Source: Escherichia phage dw-ec. Taken from it: DNA of 64,000 bases. Below the pieces are notes generated by a model. It ran no database searches and was not told the DNA's origin. It saw only the letters and a list, made by a program, of their open reading frames with translations. The stretch lies in sequence record OL739525.1. One strand, 5' to 3'. The translations under genes and the position numbers were made by a program. Shown piece after piece: positions 38,821 through 48,130 of this stretch (within the stretch, counting starts at the first letter, position 1; every line of letters begins with the position of its first letter).

Positions 38821-38825
38821 CAGGT

Positions 38826-38852
38826 ATTTTTAATAAAAGGGCCGAAGCCCTT
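38826..38852 (-). terminator. rho-independent terminator overlapping primase-helicase stop
   Basis: AAGGGC-TTCG-GCCCTT (UUCG tetraloop) then UUAUUAAAAAU on the minus strand. Confidence 0.55.
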
Positions 38853-40629
38853 AATAGTTGCTATCCGTAGGCAAATTAGCAGGATTGTTGAAATACTGCT
38901 CTTTGTCATGCAGAGTTGCAGTTCTAATGTCATAGTAAAACTGCCCTGCCGGACCAGTTTCCGAGAACTCACGGTTTTTTAGGATAAAGCAATGAGTCGT
39001 ATTGCGTTCTACAGGGTCTTCAGCGGCTTTATCTCGTTCCAAAGCCAAGGTAATACCAGCACCTTTAGCCAAAAAACTACTACCCATTGCATCGTCCTCT
39101 GTTAAGTGTTCATTGCCACCATTAGCCGATTTCTTAACGTGTGAGATGACGATAATAGTTATAGCGTACTCTTTCATGATGCGCTTCAACCATGTTGCTA
39201 ACTCTTCCTGGGCTTGAACATCCATACCAGAAAGCAAATCAGAATAAGGGTCGATAACAAGAATTGTTACTCCAAAATAGATGATCATCTCCAAAACTTT
39301 TTCTTTGATAGACTCCACATCTGCTCCACGATCATCACACACATAAAAACGTGGTGATCCATCTTCTCTTTCGTAAAAATCTAGGATTTTTTCTTTATTC
39401 TCTTCCAAGATTTGAAATTTCTCTTCCGGTGTTTTCCTGTGTAGAGGAATATGCAGGAACGAGGACAACAGGTTACGAGAATATTTCTTATAAGTTGCTT
39501 CCAAGGACAGAATACCCAAGGTATGTTCTGGGTGAGCAACAATAATATGTTTGGTGATCTCGTTCACCATCAAAGTTTTACCGATACTGGTCTTTGCCAG
39601 GATCACTGTAATCTCTTCCTCTACTAAACCACCACCCAGCATATTTGCAGCAACACGCATAAAAGGAGGCAAGGTAATCATCTTGGATTCCAAGCATTCT
39701 AATGCAGCTTCATACAAGACATTAGAAGCATAAACACCTGCTGGGGTGTATAGACGAGCACTCCAAAAAGCTTTTACGAAATCTTTTGCACGACCTTCTT
39801 CCAGATACTGATTGGCATCCTTAAGATCCATCTGCATACGGTAGACTTTGTTACGGGGCAGCACCTTAACAATATTTTCAAATGCCTCATTACCTGCTTT
39901 GTCATTATCCATGCAAACAATAATCTTCTTAAATTTTTCAAAGAAAGGATATTGTGCCTGAACTTGTTTATACATACTGGTTTCACCAGTTGTGCCACTA
40001 ACTACTGCTGGAAGTTCATATTTGTTGTCCAAGTTTTCAGACAACATTTGATAAGCTGCCAGAGCATCGTGTTCACCACCTGTAATTACCACAGTATGAG
40101 AACGGTCTGCAAAACGAATTTGTCCAAAAAGATCTACATCTTTACCTACTTGACCAATAGGTTTACTGAAATCTTTAGGATGGATACGACGCTTAAAACC
40201 AACCAATTCTTTACCGATGGTAGTTGGATATAAACAACTTTCTACTACCATCTGATCCCCTTCCTGACGGTATTCATAACGAACACCATAGAAAGATGAA
40301 ACTTTTTCTTTAATGCCTCGATAACCACGTGGGTTGGTTGATGTTTCTTGAACAATTTTACGATGAATCTGTTTATTAAATTCCGAACCCACAATCTCCT
40401 CCTCTTCTTCTAAAACTTCACCATTTTCTCGTAACCATTCTACGCTAGGAATAGTGTATTCACACGCAAAGCACTTAGCACCTTTATGCTCTCCATTAGA
40501 ATCTAATCCATAAACCATCAGGTTATTACGAGAGCGATCCTTGCCATTTTTCATGCAGCGCGGACAACCTGTATGCCCTTCCTTGCTAAGATCAACATCA
40601 AATCCATATTTAGTTATAATGTGCGACAC
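38851..40629 (-). CDS. DNA primase/helicase (T7 gp4-like)
   Basis: 592 aa. N-terminal Cys4 zinc ribbon (CPRCMKNG...CFACEY) and a C-terminal DnaB-like Walker A (ILAKTSIGKT). Confidence 0.8.
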   Translation of the reverse strand: MSHIITKYGFDVDLSKEGHTGCPRCMKNGKDRSRNNLMVYGLDSNGEHKGAKCFACEYTIPSVEWLRENGEVLEEEEEIVGSEFNKQIHRKIVQETSTNPRGYRGIKEKVSSFYGVRYEYRQEGDQMVVESCLYPTTIGKELVGFKRRIHPKDFSKPIGQVGKDVDLFGQIRFADRSHTVVITGGEHDALAAYQMLSENLDNKYELPAVVSGTTGETSMYKQVQAQYPFFEKFKKIIVCMDNDKAGNEAFENIVKVLPRNKVYRMQMDLKDANQYLEEGRAKDFVKAFWSARLYTPAGVYASNVLYEAALECLESKMITLPPFMRVAANMLGGGLVEEEITVILAKTSIGKTLMVNEITKHIIVAHPEHTLGILSLEATYKKYSRNLLSSFLHIPLHRKTPEEKFQILEENKEKILDFYEREDGSPRFYVCDDRGADVESIKEKVLEMIIYFGVTILVIDPYSDLLSGMDVQAQEELATWLKRIMKEYAITIIVISHVKKSANGGNEHLTEDDAMGSSFLAKGAGITLALERDKAAEDPVERNTTHCFILKNREFSETGPAGQFYYDIRTATLHDKEQYFNNPANLPTDSNY

Positions 40630-40641
40630 TTTGTTCTCCTG

Positions 40642-40920
40642 TTAAAATGGTTCGTTAGTCTCCATCATATATTCTGCTTCTAGTTCTTCCATGTGCTTTC
40701 TAAATTGGAAAGCAATTTCTGCTACAGTTACATTTAAATCTTTTTCAAAAACTTCTGTAGAGCCTTCGTAAAAACGAATACCGTCAATTAAAAGCCCTCC
40801 GTGGTAATCCCAATCACTTTCACGAGAAAGCGGGTTAGGCTCTTCATAATAGTAATCCACCTCCACGACTAAAGCTTTCCCGTTACGAGTGGTGTATTCA
40901 AAATCAAAAGTGTTAATCAT
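40642..40920 (-). CDS. hypothetical protein
   Basis: 92 aa acidic protein. Confidence 0.4.
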   Translation of the reverse strand: MINTFDFEYTTRNGKALVVEVDYYYEEPNPLSRESDWDYHGGLLIDGIRFYEGSTEVFEKDLNVTVAEIAFQFRKHMEELEAEYMMETNEPF

Positions 40921-41864
40921 TATAGCTCCTCAAATAAAAGTCTACGACGCTCATTCAACACATCAATGTGATAATGAGTCCTGACATACTTAGCTAATGC
41001 TAATCCTTTCTCCATGCAAACATCGGGAGCACTTAATAAGTATTCCGTAATATCTTTCCACTCGGAAGGTGTTTCAGCAAAGAATAACAAATCTTTAAAC
41101 TCTTGCGTATGATAATTCTCACGAGGAGAACAGATCAAAGGTAAACCCTTAGCACCTGCCTCAAGAATTTTAAGATTGCTTTTTGCATTATTAAACACGT
41201 TATCAATCAATGGCGCAAGACTGATTTGATGACCATCGTAAGATTCCATGTAGTTGGCATATGGTCTTACACCTTCATAAACACAAGTTGGTGCTACATT
41301 TTCTCTGATTACAGACCATTCACGACTACTTAAAACTTCAGAATCCCTACGAAAACCACATATTGTAAGATCTTTACCAAAATCGGGCAAGATAGCCAAA
41401 TCTTGTTTATGTGTTTCACTTCCAGCCCAGACTAATGGAGTTTTGGAGTAGCGATCACGGGTCAACACAAATTGACCTTCATCGTAAGGAAGTCCATTAG
41501 GGATTATGTGCACATTATCATTGTATTGTGAAAGTTCAACTTGCAAAGCAGGTGTCGTAGTTGTGACAAGATCGCTGTGCTCTAAAAACCATTTTAAATG
41601 TTCACGAATACCTGATTCAAAAATACCTTCTAACATGTGTCCTTTTGGAATAACTAAAGAGTCATCCAAATCCATAACCATTTTAAAGCCTAGGTTTTTA
41701 AGGGCTAAAAAGCCCTGTTTACCTTTTGTTGGCACCCCGTTAAAAACGAAAACGTTGTGTTTAGGTTGTGAAGAGAACTGCCTTGAGTAAGGCAGCACTA
41801 CCCTATGGAAATCGCAGACACTATAATTGATTCCGTTACGATTGTCAAGAATTATTTGTCCCAT
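40920..41864 (-). CDS. glycosyltransferase, GT-B fold (putative)
   Basis: 314 aa, paralogous to the next gene. Motif SNLKILEAGAKGLPLICS resembles the GT4-type nucleotide-sugar binding motif. Confidence 0.5.
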   Translation of the reverse strand: MGQIILDNRNGINYSVCDFHRVVLPYSRQFSSQPKHNVFVFNGVPTKGKQGFLALKNLGFKMVMDLDDSLVIPKGHMLEGIFESGIREHLKWFLEHSDLVTTTTPALQVELSQYNDNVHIIPNGLPYDEGQFVLTRDRYSKTPLVWAGSETHKQDLAILPDFGKDLTICGFRRDSEVLSSREWSVIRENVAPTCVYEGVRPYANYMESYDGHQISLAPLIDNVFNNAKSNLKILEAGAKGLPLICSPRENYHTQEFKDLLFFAETPSEWKDITEYLLSAPDVCMEKGLALAKYVRTHYHIDVLNERRRLLFEEL

Positions 41865-41871
41865 ACTTCAC

Positions 41872-42819
41872 CTACAAACTTTCAATAACCTGGCGTCGCA
41901 ACTCGTTTGCATCTGCCAGATTATAATGTGTTCGAACATGTTCCGCCAAGAACAAACCACGATCTTCCCGATAGTTTGGATTGCGAAGAAGCTTAACAAT
42001 TTCGTAATGCCATTCTGCTTTATTCTCTGCGTAAGCAACAGCGCGAGCATCTACAGGGTTAAAATAAGGTAATACCTTAGAACAAACAATTGGAATACCT
42101 TTTGCTCCAGCTTCCAGGATTTTGAGATTACTTTTACAATTATTAAAATCATTATCTACCAAAGGAGCTATAGCAATAGCATGACTTTCGTAAACACTCA
42201 TGTAATTATCTAAATCTTTTACAGCGGCTTTATATTTGGCATTTGGTAAATTTCTGCGAATCTTAATCCACTCTTGTCCCGTGATGCTTTGTGATGCTTC
42301 ATATCCCGCAATAGTAAGAAGTTCATCATCGAAAGTATTAGAGACTAGTCGTAAATCTGGTTCGTGACTAGCACCGCCAGCCCATACAACAGGGGTACCG
42401 GATGAACGATCATTTGACAAAGTGAATTGTCCACTATCAAAAGGAAGTGCATTTCGGATCACAACAACATTCCTATTTAAGTGACGGATCTTATATGCCA
42501 AATATTCTGTAGTCACAATAACCACATCAGCAAGCTTAACCATAGCTACAATAGCATGAGTGTTTGACTCGTATAGACTTGCTAAATAATGTTCTGGATT
42601 AAGTTGGTAGAAATCATCTAAATCTACAACAATCTTAACACCTTGACGTTTCAAAGATAAAACGTATTCTGCACCTTTAGAGTGGATACGGTTAAACACA
42701 ACAACATCTTTCTTAGGTTGAAGATTATGGTTGTTAAATGGCATAACAATACGATGATAGTCACAACCGCTGTGAGGTTTTGCATCAATTTTTAGTTTAG
42801 ACCATTTTTTATTTGACAT
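41872..42819 (-). CDS. glycosyltransferase, GT-B fold (putative; paralog of 40920-41864)
   Basis: 315 aa. Shares CD(F/Y)HR(V/I)V(L/M)P...SNLKILEAGAKG(L/I)P with the neighbouring gene. Confidence 0.5.
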   Translation of the reverse strand: MSNKKWSKLKIDAKPHSGCDYHRIVMPFNNHNLQPKKDVVVFNRIHSKGAEYVLSLKRQGVKIVVDLDDFYQLNPEHYLASLYESNTHAIVAMVKLADVVIVTTEYLAYKIRHLNRNVVVIRNALPFDSGQFTLSNDRSSGTPVVWAGGASHEPDLRLVSNTFDDELLTIAGYEASQSITGQEWIKIRRNLPNAKYKAAVKDLDNYMSVYESHAIAIAPLVDNDFNNCKSNLKILEAGAKGIPIVCSKVLPYFNPVDARAVAYAENKAEWHYEIVKLLRNPNYREDRGLFLAEHVRTHYNLADANELRRQVIESL

Positions 42820-43492
42820 GTGCTAGTGCCTCCTCATAGGAAATTCGGATTTTCCCATTTTTAATATCCTCTAAAGATGCTTTATATTCTTCCCAGTTAA
42901 TCCCGATAGCAGCTTCTTTCTCTTCTTTTGTCAGATTAGCAAAAGGCATAGGATTGTTTCCAAAAACATCGTCTGGGTGGATATAAGCCATGATACGAAG
43001 TGGACAAGGTGTTGCCTGAATACCATGATTCAAACCAGCAGCTTGTAAACGGTGTCCCCATTCAGCATCTTCAAAACCATAACCATGAGTGTAAGGACGG
43101 AAATAACCCATCTTCTCAACAACGGCACGAGAATACATTGCAAATTGACACATTGCAAGTTCCCAGAGAATAACTTCTCCTTTGCTTCCAACAACTTTAT
43201 CTTTGAAGTACTCCGGCATACCAAAGAAATCCCATCCTCCAGAGACAGCTTGATCTACAAAATATGTTTCCCATCCCTCCATGACTGGGTAGCAATCGTC
43301 GTCAAAAATAAACCAATAATCATAACCTTCTTCATAAAACTGGTGCATAAGTTCATTCCTGGCATAAGCTACACCTTTACGGTCTGGATCGTTGAATACT
43401 CGAAAATCTGCACGTGGATCTGTTACAAGGTAGTCTTTAAGTGGACGGACACCTACAGTGATAACACCCACTCCGATTTTAATATTTTCCAT
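42809..43492 (-). CDS. glycosyltransferase, GT-A fold (putative)
   Basis: 227 aa with DxD-type FIFDDDCYP and HGYGFEDAEWG motifs. Confidence 0.5.
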   Translation of the reverse strand: MENIKIGVGVITVGVRPLKDYLVTDPRADFRVFNDPDRKGVAYARNELMHQFYEEGYDYWFIFDDDCYPVMEGWETYFVDQAVSGGWDFFGMPEYFKDKVVGSKGEVILWELAMCQFAMYSRAVVEKMGYFRPYTHGYGFEDAEWGHRLQAAGLNHGIQATPCPLRIMAYIHPDDVFGNNPMPFANLTKEEKEAAIGINWEEYKASLEDIKNGKIRISYEEALAHVK

Positions 43493-43500
43493 TTTCTCTC

Positions 43501-44064
43501 CTAAATAGTTTTACTGTGATCATGACAGTGTAATAAATGATGTATAGACCGTTGAGGATTTGTTTGACCTAATCTGTAAATGTGAAACAGATACATTCCC
43601 CGCATCAATCCTAACCTCTTCCCTTTTTCATGTAAAGTGCGAGAGAAAATTAAGTCGAATTGGATAGATTTTTCTTCGAAAGGAATTTCATTCCACAAGG
43701 ATTTTCTAAAAAGCAAAAAGAAACCTGCTAGAGGTGTTCCGAAAGGAACTTCTTCAACACTCACTTTATGATATTCTCTTGCAATCTTAGCATATTCTAT
43801 ATGGTTTAGAATATCTGGATCATCGTTAATTTGGTTAGAGAAAAGCTGATAACCACTGCCTAACCTGTTACAAGTTGCACCTATTACATCAAAAGGTGGG
43901 TTTGACATAACAAGCTCTTCAAGCATAGATGGTTGATCAGGTAGGAGGAACATTGTATCGGTATCTCTTAAACACACCCAACTATCATCTGGAAGAACGG
44001 CAATGGCTTCATTGATAGCCTTGCCGATATTTCCTGTCAGATAGGGAGTAATATAATAAATCAT
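43501..44064 (-). CDS. possible glycosyltransferase (GT-A-like)
   Basis: 187 aa. N-terminal YYITPY...LRDTDTMF could be a Rossmann-type strand plus DxD; weak. Confidence 0.3.
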   Translation of the reverse strand: MIYYITPYLTGNIGKAINEAIAVLPDDSWVCLRDTDTMFLLPDQPSMLEELVMSNPPFDVIGATCNRLGSGYQLFSNQINDDPDILNHIEYAKIAREYHKVSVEEVPFGTPLAGFFLLFRKSLWNEIPFEEKSIQFDLIFSRTLHEKGKRLGLMRGMYLFHIYRLGQTNPQRSIHHLLHCHDHSKTI

Positions 44065-44080
44065 TCTCCCCTCCGTTATA

Positions 44081-44272
44081 TTAACTGTCGGCTACAATCC
44101 CGCGTTTAATCATTTCCTGTTGGATTTGGATGACACGATCTCGTGCTTCCATGTATTCTTTAAAAGATTCTTGAAGATGGTCACGAGCTACGTCTCGTAG
44201 CTTAATCAGTTTGTCGTTTGTCACTTCTTGAAGAGAGATTTCGCCAGTTTCATTGGTCCCAAGCGTTTTCAT
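44081..44272 (-). CDS. hypothetical small helical protein
   Basis: 63 aa ORF. Confidence 0.4.
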   Translation of the reverse strand: MKTLGTNETGEISLQEVTNDKLIKLRDVARDHLQESFKEYMEARDRVIQIQQEMIKRGIVADS

Positions 44273-44480
44273 TTACAACCTCCTTAATAGCTACTGCACA
44301 GTTCTTACAAATACATTGACCTTTGTTCTTAGAAATTTCAATGTAAGGTTCATTTTCGTTTTCTCCGCGTCGTGAGTCGTATATTACCGTATTGAAGCAG
44401 ACAACGCAAATGTTTTTAATAACGACATATTTTTGCACTTTCTGTTTAGTGCGAAAATTGACTTCAATGACTTCTCCCAT
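44250..44480 (-). CDS. small zinc-ribbon protein
   Basis: Track ORF 44250-44528. The ATG at 44480 (RBS GGAGA) overlaps the upstream stop as TGATG; protein has CVVC...CICKNC. Confidence 0.4.
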   Translation of the reverse strand: MGEVIEVNFRTKQKVQKYVVIKNICVVCFNTVIYDSRRGENENEPYIEISKNKGQCICKNCAVAIKEVVNENAWDQ

Positions 44481-44764
44481 CAGTGAATCTCCCCTAAAAT
44501 GTTGTTTTGAGACATTACTGCGGAGCATTCTACAGCATCATGAGTCCTTGCAAAACGCTCCCACAACACAGCATCTACTTTAAGAACCATACAAGGATAA
44601 ATACTGTCGTTGATCATGTCAATGCTATATTTATCTACATCCTTTTCACCTTCCATAAACAAAGTAGCATATGCTTCTAAATGCTTACGGGTGTAGTATA
44701 CATCCTCTTCAGTAAGACCGACAACCAGGTAACTTGCTACAACAACAGTATTATCTTCTTGCAT
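44480..44764 (-). CDS. hypothetical protein
   Basis: Track ORF 44480-44827. The internal ATG at 44764 has RBS AAGGGGAG and avoids overlap with the lysin gene. Confidence 0.4.
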   Translation of the reverse strand: MQEDNTVVVASYLVVGLTEEDVYYTRKHLEAYATLFMEGEKDVDKYSIDMINDSIYPCMVLKVDAVLWERFARTHDAVECSAVMSQNNILGEIH

Positions 44765-44765
44765 T

Positions 44766-45287
44766 TTAACTCCCCTTTGGTAGATAGAAACCATGCACTT
44801 TATCTCGATAAACAAGACGCATATCACGTTCCCAGTGTGTCCTTATATTCCGTTTCTTGAAGTATAGAGCACCTTTAGTAACATCTAAAACAGACCGCAA
44901 TTCAGGAAAATGTTTCTCTAAATAAAGTAAACGCTCCGCTATTGCTTTTGCTTCCTGCCACTTATCTTTCTCTGTTACGTTAAAAGTTTTCGCATATGAG
45001 AATTGCCCTTTCTGGAACAAGACTCCTCTGACCGTGTTAGGGAAGTAGGTATCATTTCTTCTGTTGATTACCACATTCCCAACGGCATTCATTCCTTTTT
45101 TACCCAGACCTCGACCTTCTGCGTAAATTGCACAAGCTAATAGAATTTTATCATTATATTGCTTTGTACATTTGTGAACTACTTTAGCGGTTTTTACGTT
45201 TGCAGCTTCGGCTTTCGCCACAACAGGTGTAAATGTAAAAGCAGTTAAGGATAGTAACGCAACTGTTACAAAGTTTTTTATCAGCAA
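44766..45287 (-). CDS. SleB-type cell-wall hydrolase with N-terminal signal sequence (putative endolysin)
   Basis: 173 aa, TTG start after RBS AGGAGG. N-terminal hydrophobic signal (FVTVALLSLTAFTFTPVVAKA). Motif AIYAEGRG...GMNAVGNVVINRRND..YFPNTVRGVLFQKGQFS is typical of the SleB hydrolase family. Confidence 0.6.
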   Translation of the reverse strand: MLIKNFVTVALLSLTAFTFTPVVAKAEAANVKTAKVVHKCTKQYNDKILLACAIYAEGRGLGKKGMNAVGNVVINRRNDTYFPNTVRGVLFQKGQFSYAKTFNVTEKDKWQEAKAIAERLLYLEKHFPELRSVLDVTKGALYFKKRNIRTHWERDMRLVYRDKVHGFYLPKGS

Positions 45288-45319
45288 ATTTTGCCTCCTT
45301 TTTAAGTTAACGAATTTCT

Positions 45320-45348
45320 AGTATAACACGATAGAGGCTTTATTGCAA
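45320..45348 (-). promoter_or_regulatory. sigma70-like promoter (TTGCAA-N17-TATACT)
   Basis: On the minus strand, -35 TTGCAA at 45348-45343 and -10 TATACT at 45325-45320, upstream of the lysin gene. Confidence 0.5.
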
Positions 45349-45368
45349 GAGGGGGATTTCTCCCCCTC
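45349..45368 (-). other. GC-rich hairpin after the TerD-like gene
   Basis: GAGGGGGA-TTTC-TCCCCCTC abutting the -35 element; no U-run. Confidence 0.35.
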
Positions 45369-45386
45369 AAAATCATTTGTTAATTA

Positions 45387-45989
45387 TTATGGACATTCAT
45401 ACCATTCTTTTTTACCACCGAAGGCCATCACCACATCGCAAATATCCAGACCGGCTTTACCTACACCATATGCTTTCAGCTTCCATTCCCCATCTTCACG
45501 AACCAAGGAAGCCACGTGGCAGATTGTGTTACCAGCTACTTCAGGAGCCAGGAAGTCAAAATCCAGAATTTCCACATTACGTTCGGAGTCAAAGATTTTA
45601 AGCATACCTTCAGAAGCATGACCAAAACGTTTCAGACCTGTATCATCATCAATGGTCAGAACAAAGGCAATCTCTTGTGCATCAGGAGAGATTTTAGCCA
45701 GAGTAATATCAATCTGCTCCATGCTGCCAGTCCCATCACGAACATCGTCACCAGCGAAGGTAGAACGTTCAGGATCAAACTTGTTAGCGTAGCAAACCAG
45801 ATGACGTGCAGACAGCATTTCAGGATTGCCAGCGGCATTATGACGACAAACCAGTGCACTTACATCCAGATCCAGTTTAGAATCAGATTTCCAAGAGAAT
45901 TCCAGGCGCAGTTCTTTCAGAGCCGGAGCAACTTTCTTCAGGGAAATTTTTTCGCTAGAGCCTTTTTTCAGGGAAATTTTATCAGTCAT
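45387..45989 (-). CDS. TerD-family protein
   Basis: 200 aa. Aligns by eye along its length to E. coli TerD recalled from memory: N-terminal ISLKKG..ISLKK, DLDVSALV, GDDVRDGTG, FVLTIDD, GEWKLKAYGVG. Confidence 0.7.
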   Translation of the reverse strand: MTDKISLKKGSSEKISLKKVAPALKELRLEFSWKSDSKLDLDVSALVCRHNAAGNPEMLSARHLVCYANKFDPERSTFAGDDVRDGTGSMEQIDITLAKISPDAQEIAFVLTIDDDTGLKRFGHASEGMLKIFDSERNVEILDFDFLAPEVAGNTICHVASLVREDGEWKLKAYGVGKAGLDICDVVMAFGGKKEWYECP

Positions 45990-46004
45990 CTTTTGTCTCC
46001 TCTA

Positions 46005-46274
46005 TTATTTAAGTGTAATACCAGTTACAGTCAATTCTACTTCCAAAAGCTTAGATGTGTTTTGGATTGATACTAATTGTGCATGATGGTTTAGTTCTAC
46101 AGCGGAATAATCATTCTCCCCATCGTCTACTTTTAAATAAACAATGATTTCACTAAGGTCTAAACCATTTTCGTCAAATGCATTTTCATAGACGAAAGTA
46201 TCTCCTACATCCAAATCTTTAATGGTAAGGCATCGTTTATTTACTTTTTGCTCATCAATTTCGAAGTTTAACAC
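46005..46274 (-). CDS. hypothetical protein (paralog of 47296-47574)
   Basis: 89 aa. Shares DLDVGDTFVYENAFDENGLD and a C-terminal TVTGITLK-type motif with the gene downstream of the vWA gene. Confidence 0.45.
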   Translation of the reverse strand: MLNFEIDEQKVNKRCLTIKDLDVGDTFVYENAFDENGLDLSEIIVYLKVDDGENDYSAVELNHHAQLVSIQNTSKLLEVELTVTGITLK

Positions 46275-46503
46275 TTCTTCCTCCTAATGTTATCTCCGGT
46301 TTGTATATACGAAGAATTATAGCATTTTCATTTTCTTTGTCAACCCATTCTTCATAATCGGGCCATACATGAATCTCTACTCTACTTACAATATCTTCCA
46401 TTCGCACAGTCCCAATGAAATACTCTTTGAGACTGCGCATAATGAAAGCTTCTCTCTCGCGCCAATAATTTTCTACGACTTGAGAGGCAAGCTCGTCGAT
46501 CAT
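46255..46503 (-). CDS. hypothetical protein
   Basis: 82 aa ORF coupled to its neighbours. Confidence 0.4.
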   Translation of the reverse strand: MIDELASQVVENYWREREAFIMRSLKEYFIGTVRMEDIVSRVEIHVWPDYEEWVDKENENAIILRIYKPEITLGGRSVKLRN

Positions 46504-47294
46504 TTTTTAGCACCTACTTTAACAACCCACTCTCCGAACTCTTCAGATAAGAGTTTGTCATAAAGCTCTGAATCTGTCAAGTCTAAATCTTTAATGCCAA
46601 TAAAACCAACATTATCATAAGCATTTGCCAGTTCTTTCAGGAAGCCAAACTTCTCATTACCAACGCCAACCATGAACCAATAAATAGGTTTATTCTTATT
46701 CTCTTCAATAAGACGACGAACAGCACTAGGATCACCATTCTCACCATCCGTCTGGAAGAATACAACACCAGGGGTAACGTCAGCACCTGGTTCAGATACA
46801 GCTACAACTTTTTCACGCTCTACAGACACTGTTTCAGTTTTACCAAGCAGACGATTAAAGAAGCCTTTCTTTGGAGCCTCCTCTTGTACCACTTGTTTAG
46901 TGGTAATATATTTGGTAACAGTGCCAAAATACTCATCGTAGATATCTGCCATTACAGGGGCGTAATTTGTTCCACCTCCGATACGAACATTACGCATACA
47001 TTTACCAACATAGTCATCGTAAACGTCTGCTGTTGCTGGAGTAAGCTCTTGGGAACTCGTATTGAAGGCCCACATATCAATTTGTTGATTATCGTCGAAC
47101 AGCATACCAAAAGGAAGCAGTTTACCTACAAAATCACTCACTACCCCACTAGAATATAGACCATGCATACTACCAGAAATATCTAGAGCACATGCTACAC
47201 GAAGAACAATCTTACCTTCATTCAGGTTCTTATTCTTTTTCAGAGAGAAAGCAAGGTTTTCTTGACGTTTTTTCAGGCTGATTTTCTCGGACAT
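46500..47294 (-). CDS. von Willebrand factor A domain protein (TerY-like)
   Basis: 264 aa with MIDAS-type motif DISGSM. N-terminus MSEKISLKK resembles the TerD-like N-terminus. Confidence 0.55.
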   Translation of the reverse strand: MSEKISLKKRQENLAFSLKKNKNLNEGKIVLRVACALDISGSMHGLYSSGVVSDFVGKLLPFGMLFDDNQQIDMWAFNTSSQELTPATADVYDDYVGKCMRNVRIGGGTNYAPVMADIYDEYFGTVTKYITTKQVVQEEAPKKGFFNRLLGKTETVSVEREKVVAVSEPGADVTPGVVFFQTDGENGDPSAVRRLIEENKNKPIYWFMVGVGNEKFGFLKELANAYDNVGFIGIKDLDLTDSELYDKLLSEEFGEWVVKVGAKK

Positions 47295-47295
47295 A

Positions 47296-47574
47296 TTATT
47301 TCTCCTTCTTAAGTGTAATATTGGTAACTTCTAAATCTACTTCCACCATATTTGTATCTGGTGGGATGCAATGAGTATAGCCTCGTTGTGCTAGTGATCC
47401 ATTAATACAAATCGCACTGTTTGTGGAATTTTTAATGAACACCAAGTTACGGTAGGTATCCAACCCTGCGTCTTCATAGGCATCATAATACATGAATGTG
47501 GCCCCTACATCAAGATCTTCGAAAGCAATAGGTAAATCCTGACTTTTTTCTTCTTGAATATTGAATCTAAACAC
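47296..47574 (-). CDS. hypothetical protein (paralog of 46005-46274)
   Basis: Track ORF 47296-47640. A GTG at 47574 after RBS GAGGAGG avoids overlap with the upstream gene. Shares DLDVGATFMYYDAYEDAGLD...VTNITLKK. Confidence 0.4.
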   Translation of the reverse strand: MFRFNIQEEKSQDLPIAFEDLDVGATFMYYDAYEDAGLDTYRNLVFIKNSTNSAICINGSLAQRGYTHCIPPDTNMVEVDLEVTNITLKKEK

Positions 47575-48130
47575 GCATACCTCCTCTACCAATTTTGAAG
47601 CCCAAATCGTAAGCTTCCTTAGTGATCTTTTGTAACTCACTTATAGGAAGTGTTACAAGAGGATCATCTTCTTCAATTTCCATCTTGTCATCTTCTGTTT
47701 CAATGAGAGTATTATGCACTTTGTGATAAGGGTTGTCAACACGTTTAAACTTATTCTTTTCTGTGCTGAAAAAACAATCTGGATCTTCTTCACCATCACC
47801 CCAACCTTGGTTAGGATCTCCGTCAGATTGTTCTGTAGGGATTTCACCTGTAAAGTACTCTTCCAGCACCATAGCGATACCGTCCCTTGGATTTGAGGAA
47901 TGCATCAAATCACAAACCTTACTCCAATCCATAGCCCATTCAAATCGTTCACGAACACCATTTTCATCCTCCTTTCCAGAGAAAACACAACCATAACTAT
48001 CATAGTTGCCATACATCTCTTCAATAACAACACCGTCCTTCAAAAGAAAGAGGTAGCAAGGTGATCCGTCGAAAGAAGTAGAAAGGGCAGCTTTGCCCGA
48101 TTCTTTGCACAAAAAGCTAAAACAACCCAT
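47567..48130 (-). CDS. hypothetical acidic protein
   Basis: 187 aa ORF. Confidence 0.45.
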   Translation of the reverse strand: MGCFSFLCKESGKAALSTSFDGSPCYLFLLKDGVVIEEMYGNYDSYGCVFSGKEDENGVRERFEWAMDWSKVCDLMHSSNPRDGIAMVLEEYFTGEIPTEQSDGDPNQGWGDGEEDPDCFFSTEKNKFKRVDNPYHKVHNTLIETEDDKMEIEEDDPLVTLPISELQKITKEAYDLGFKIGRGGMRV

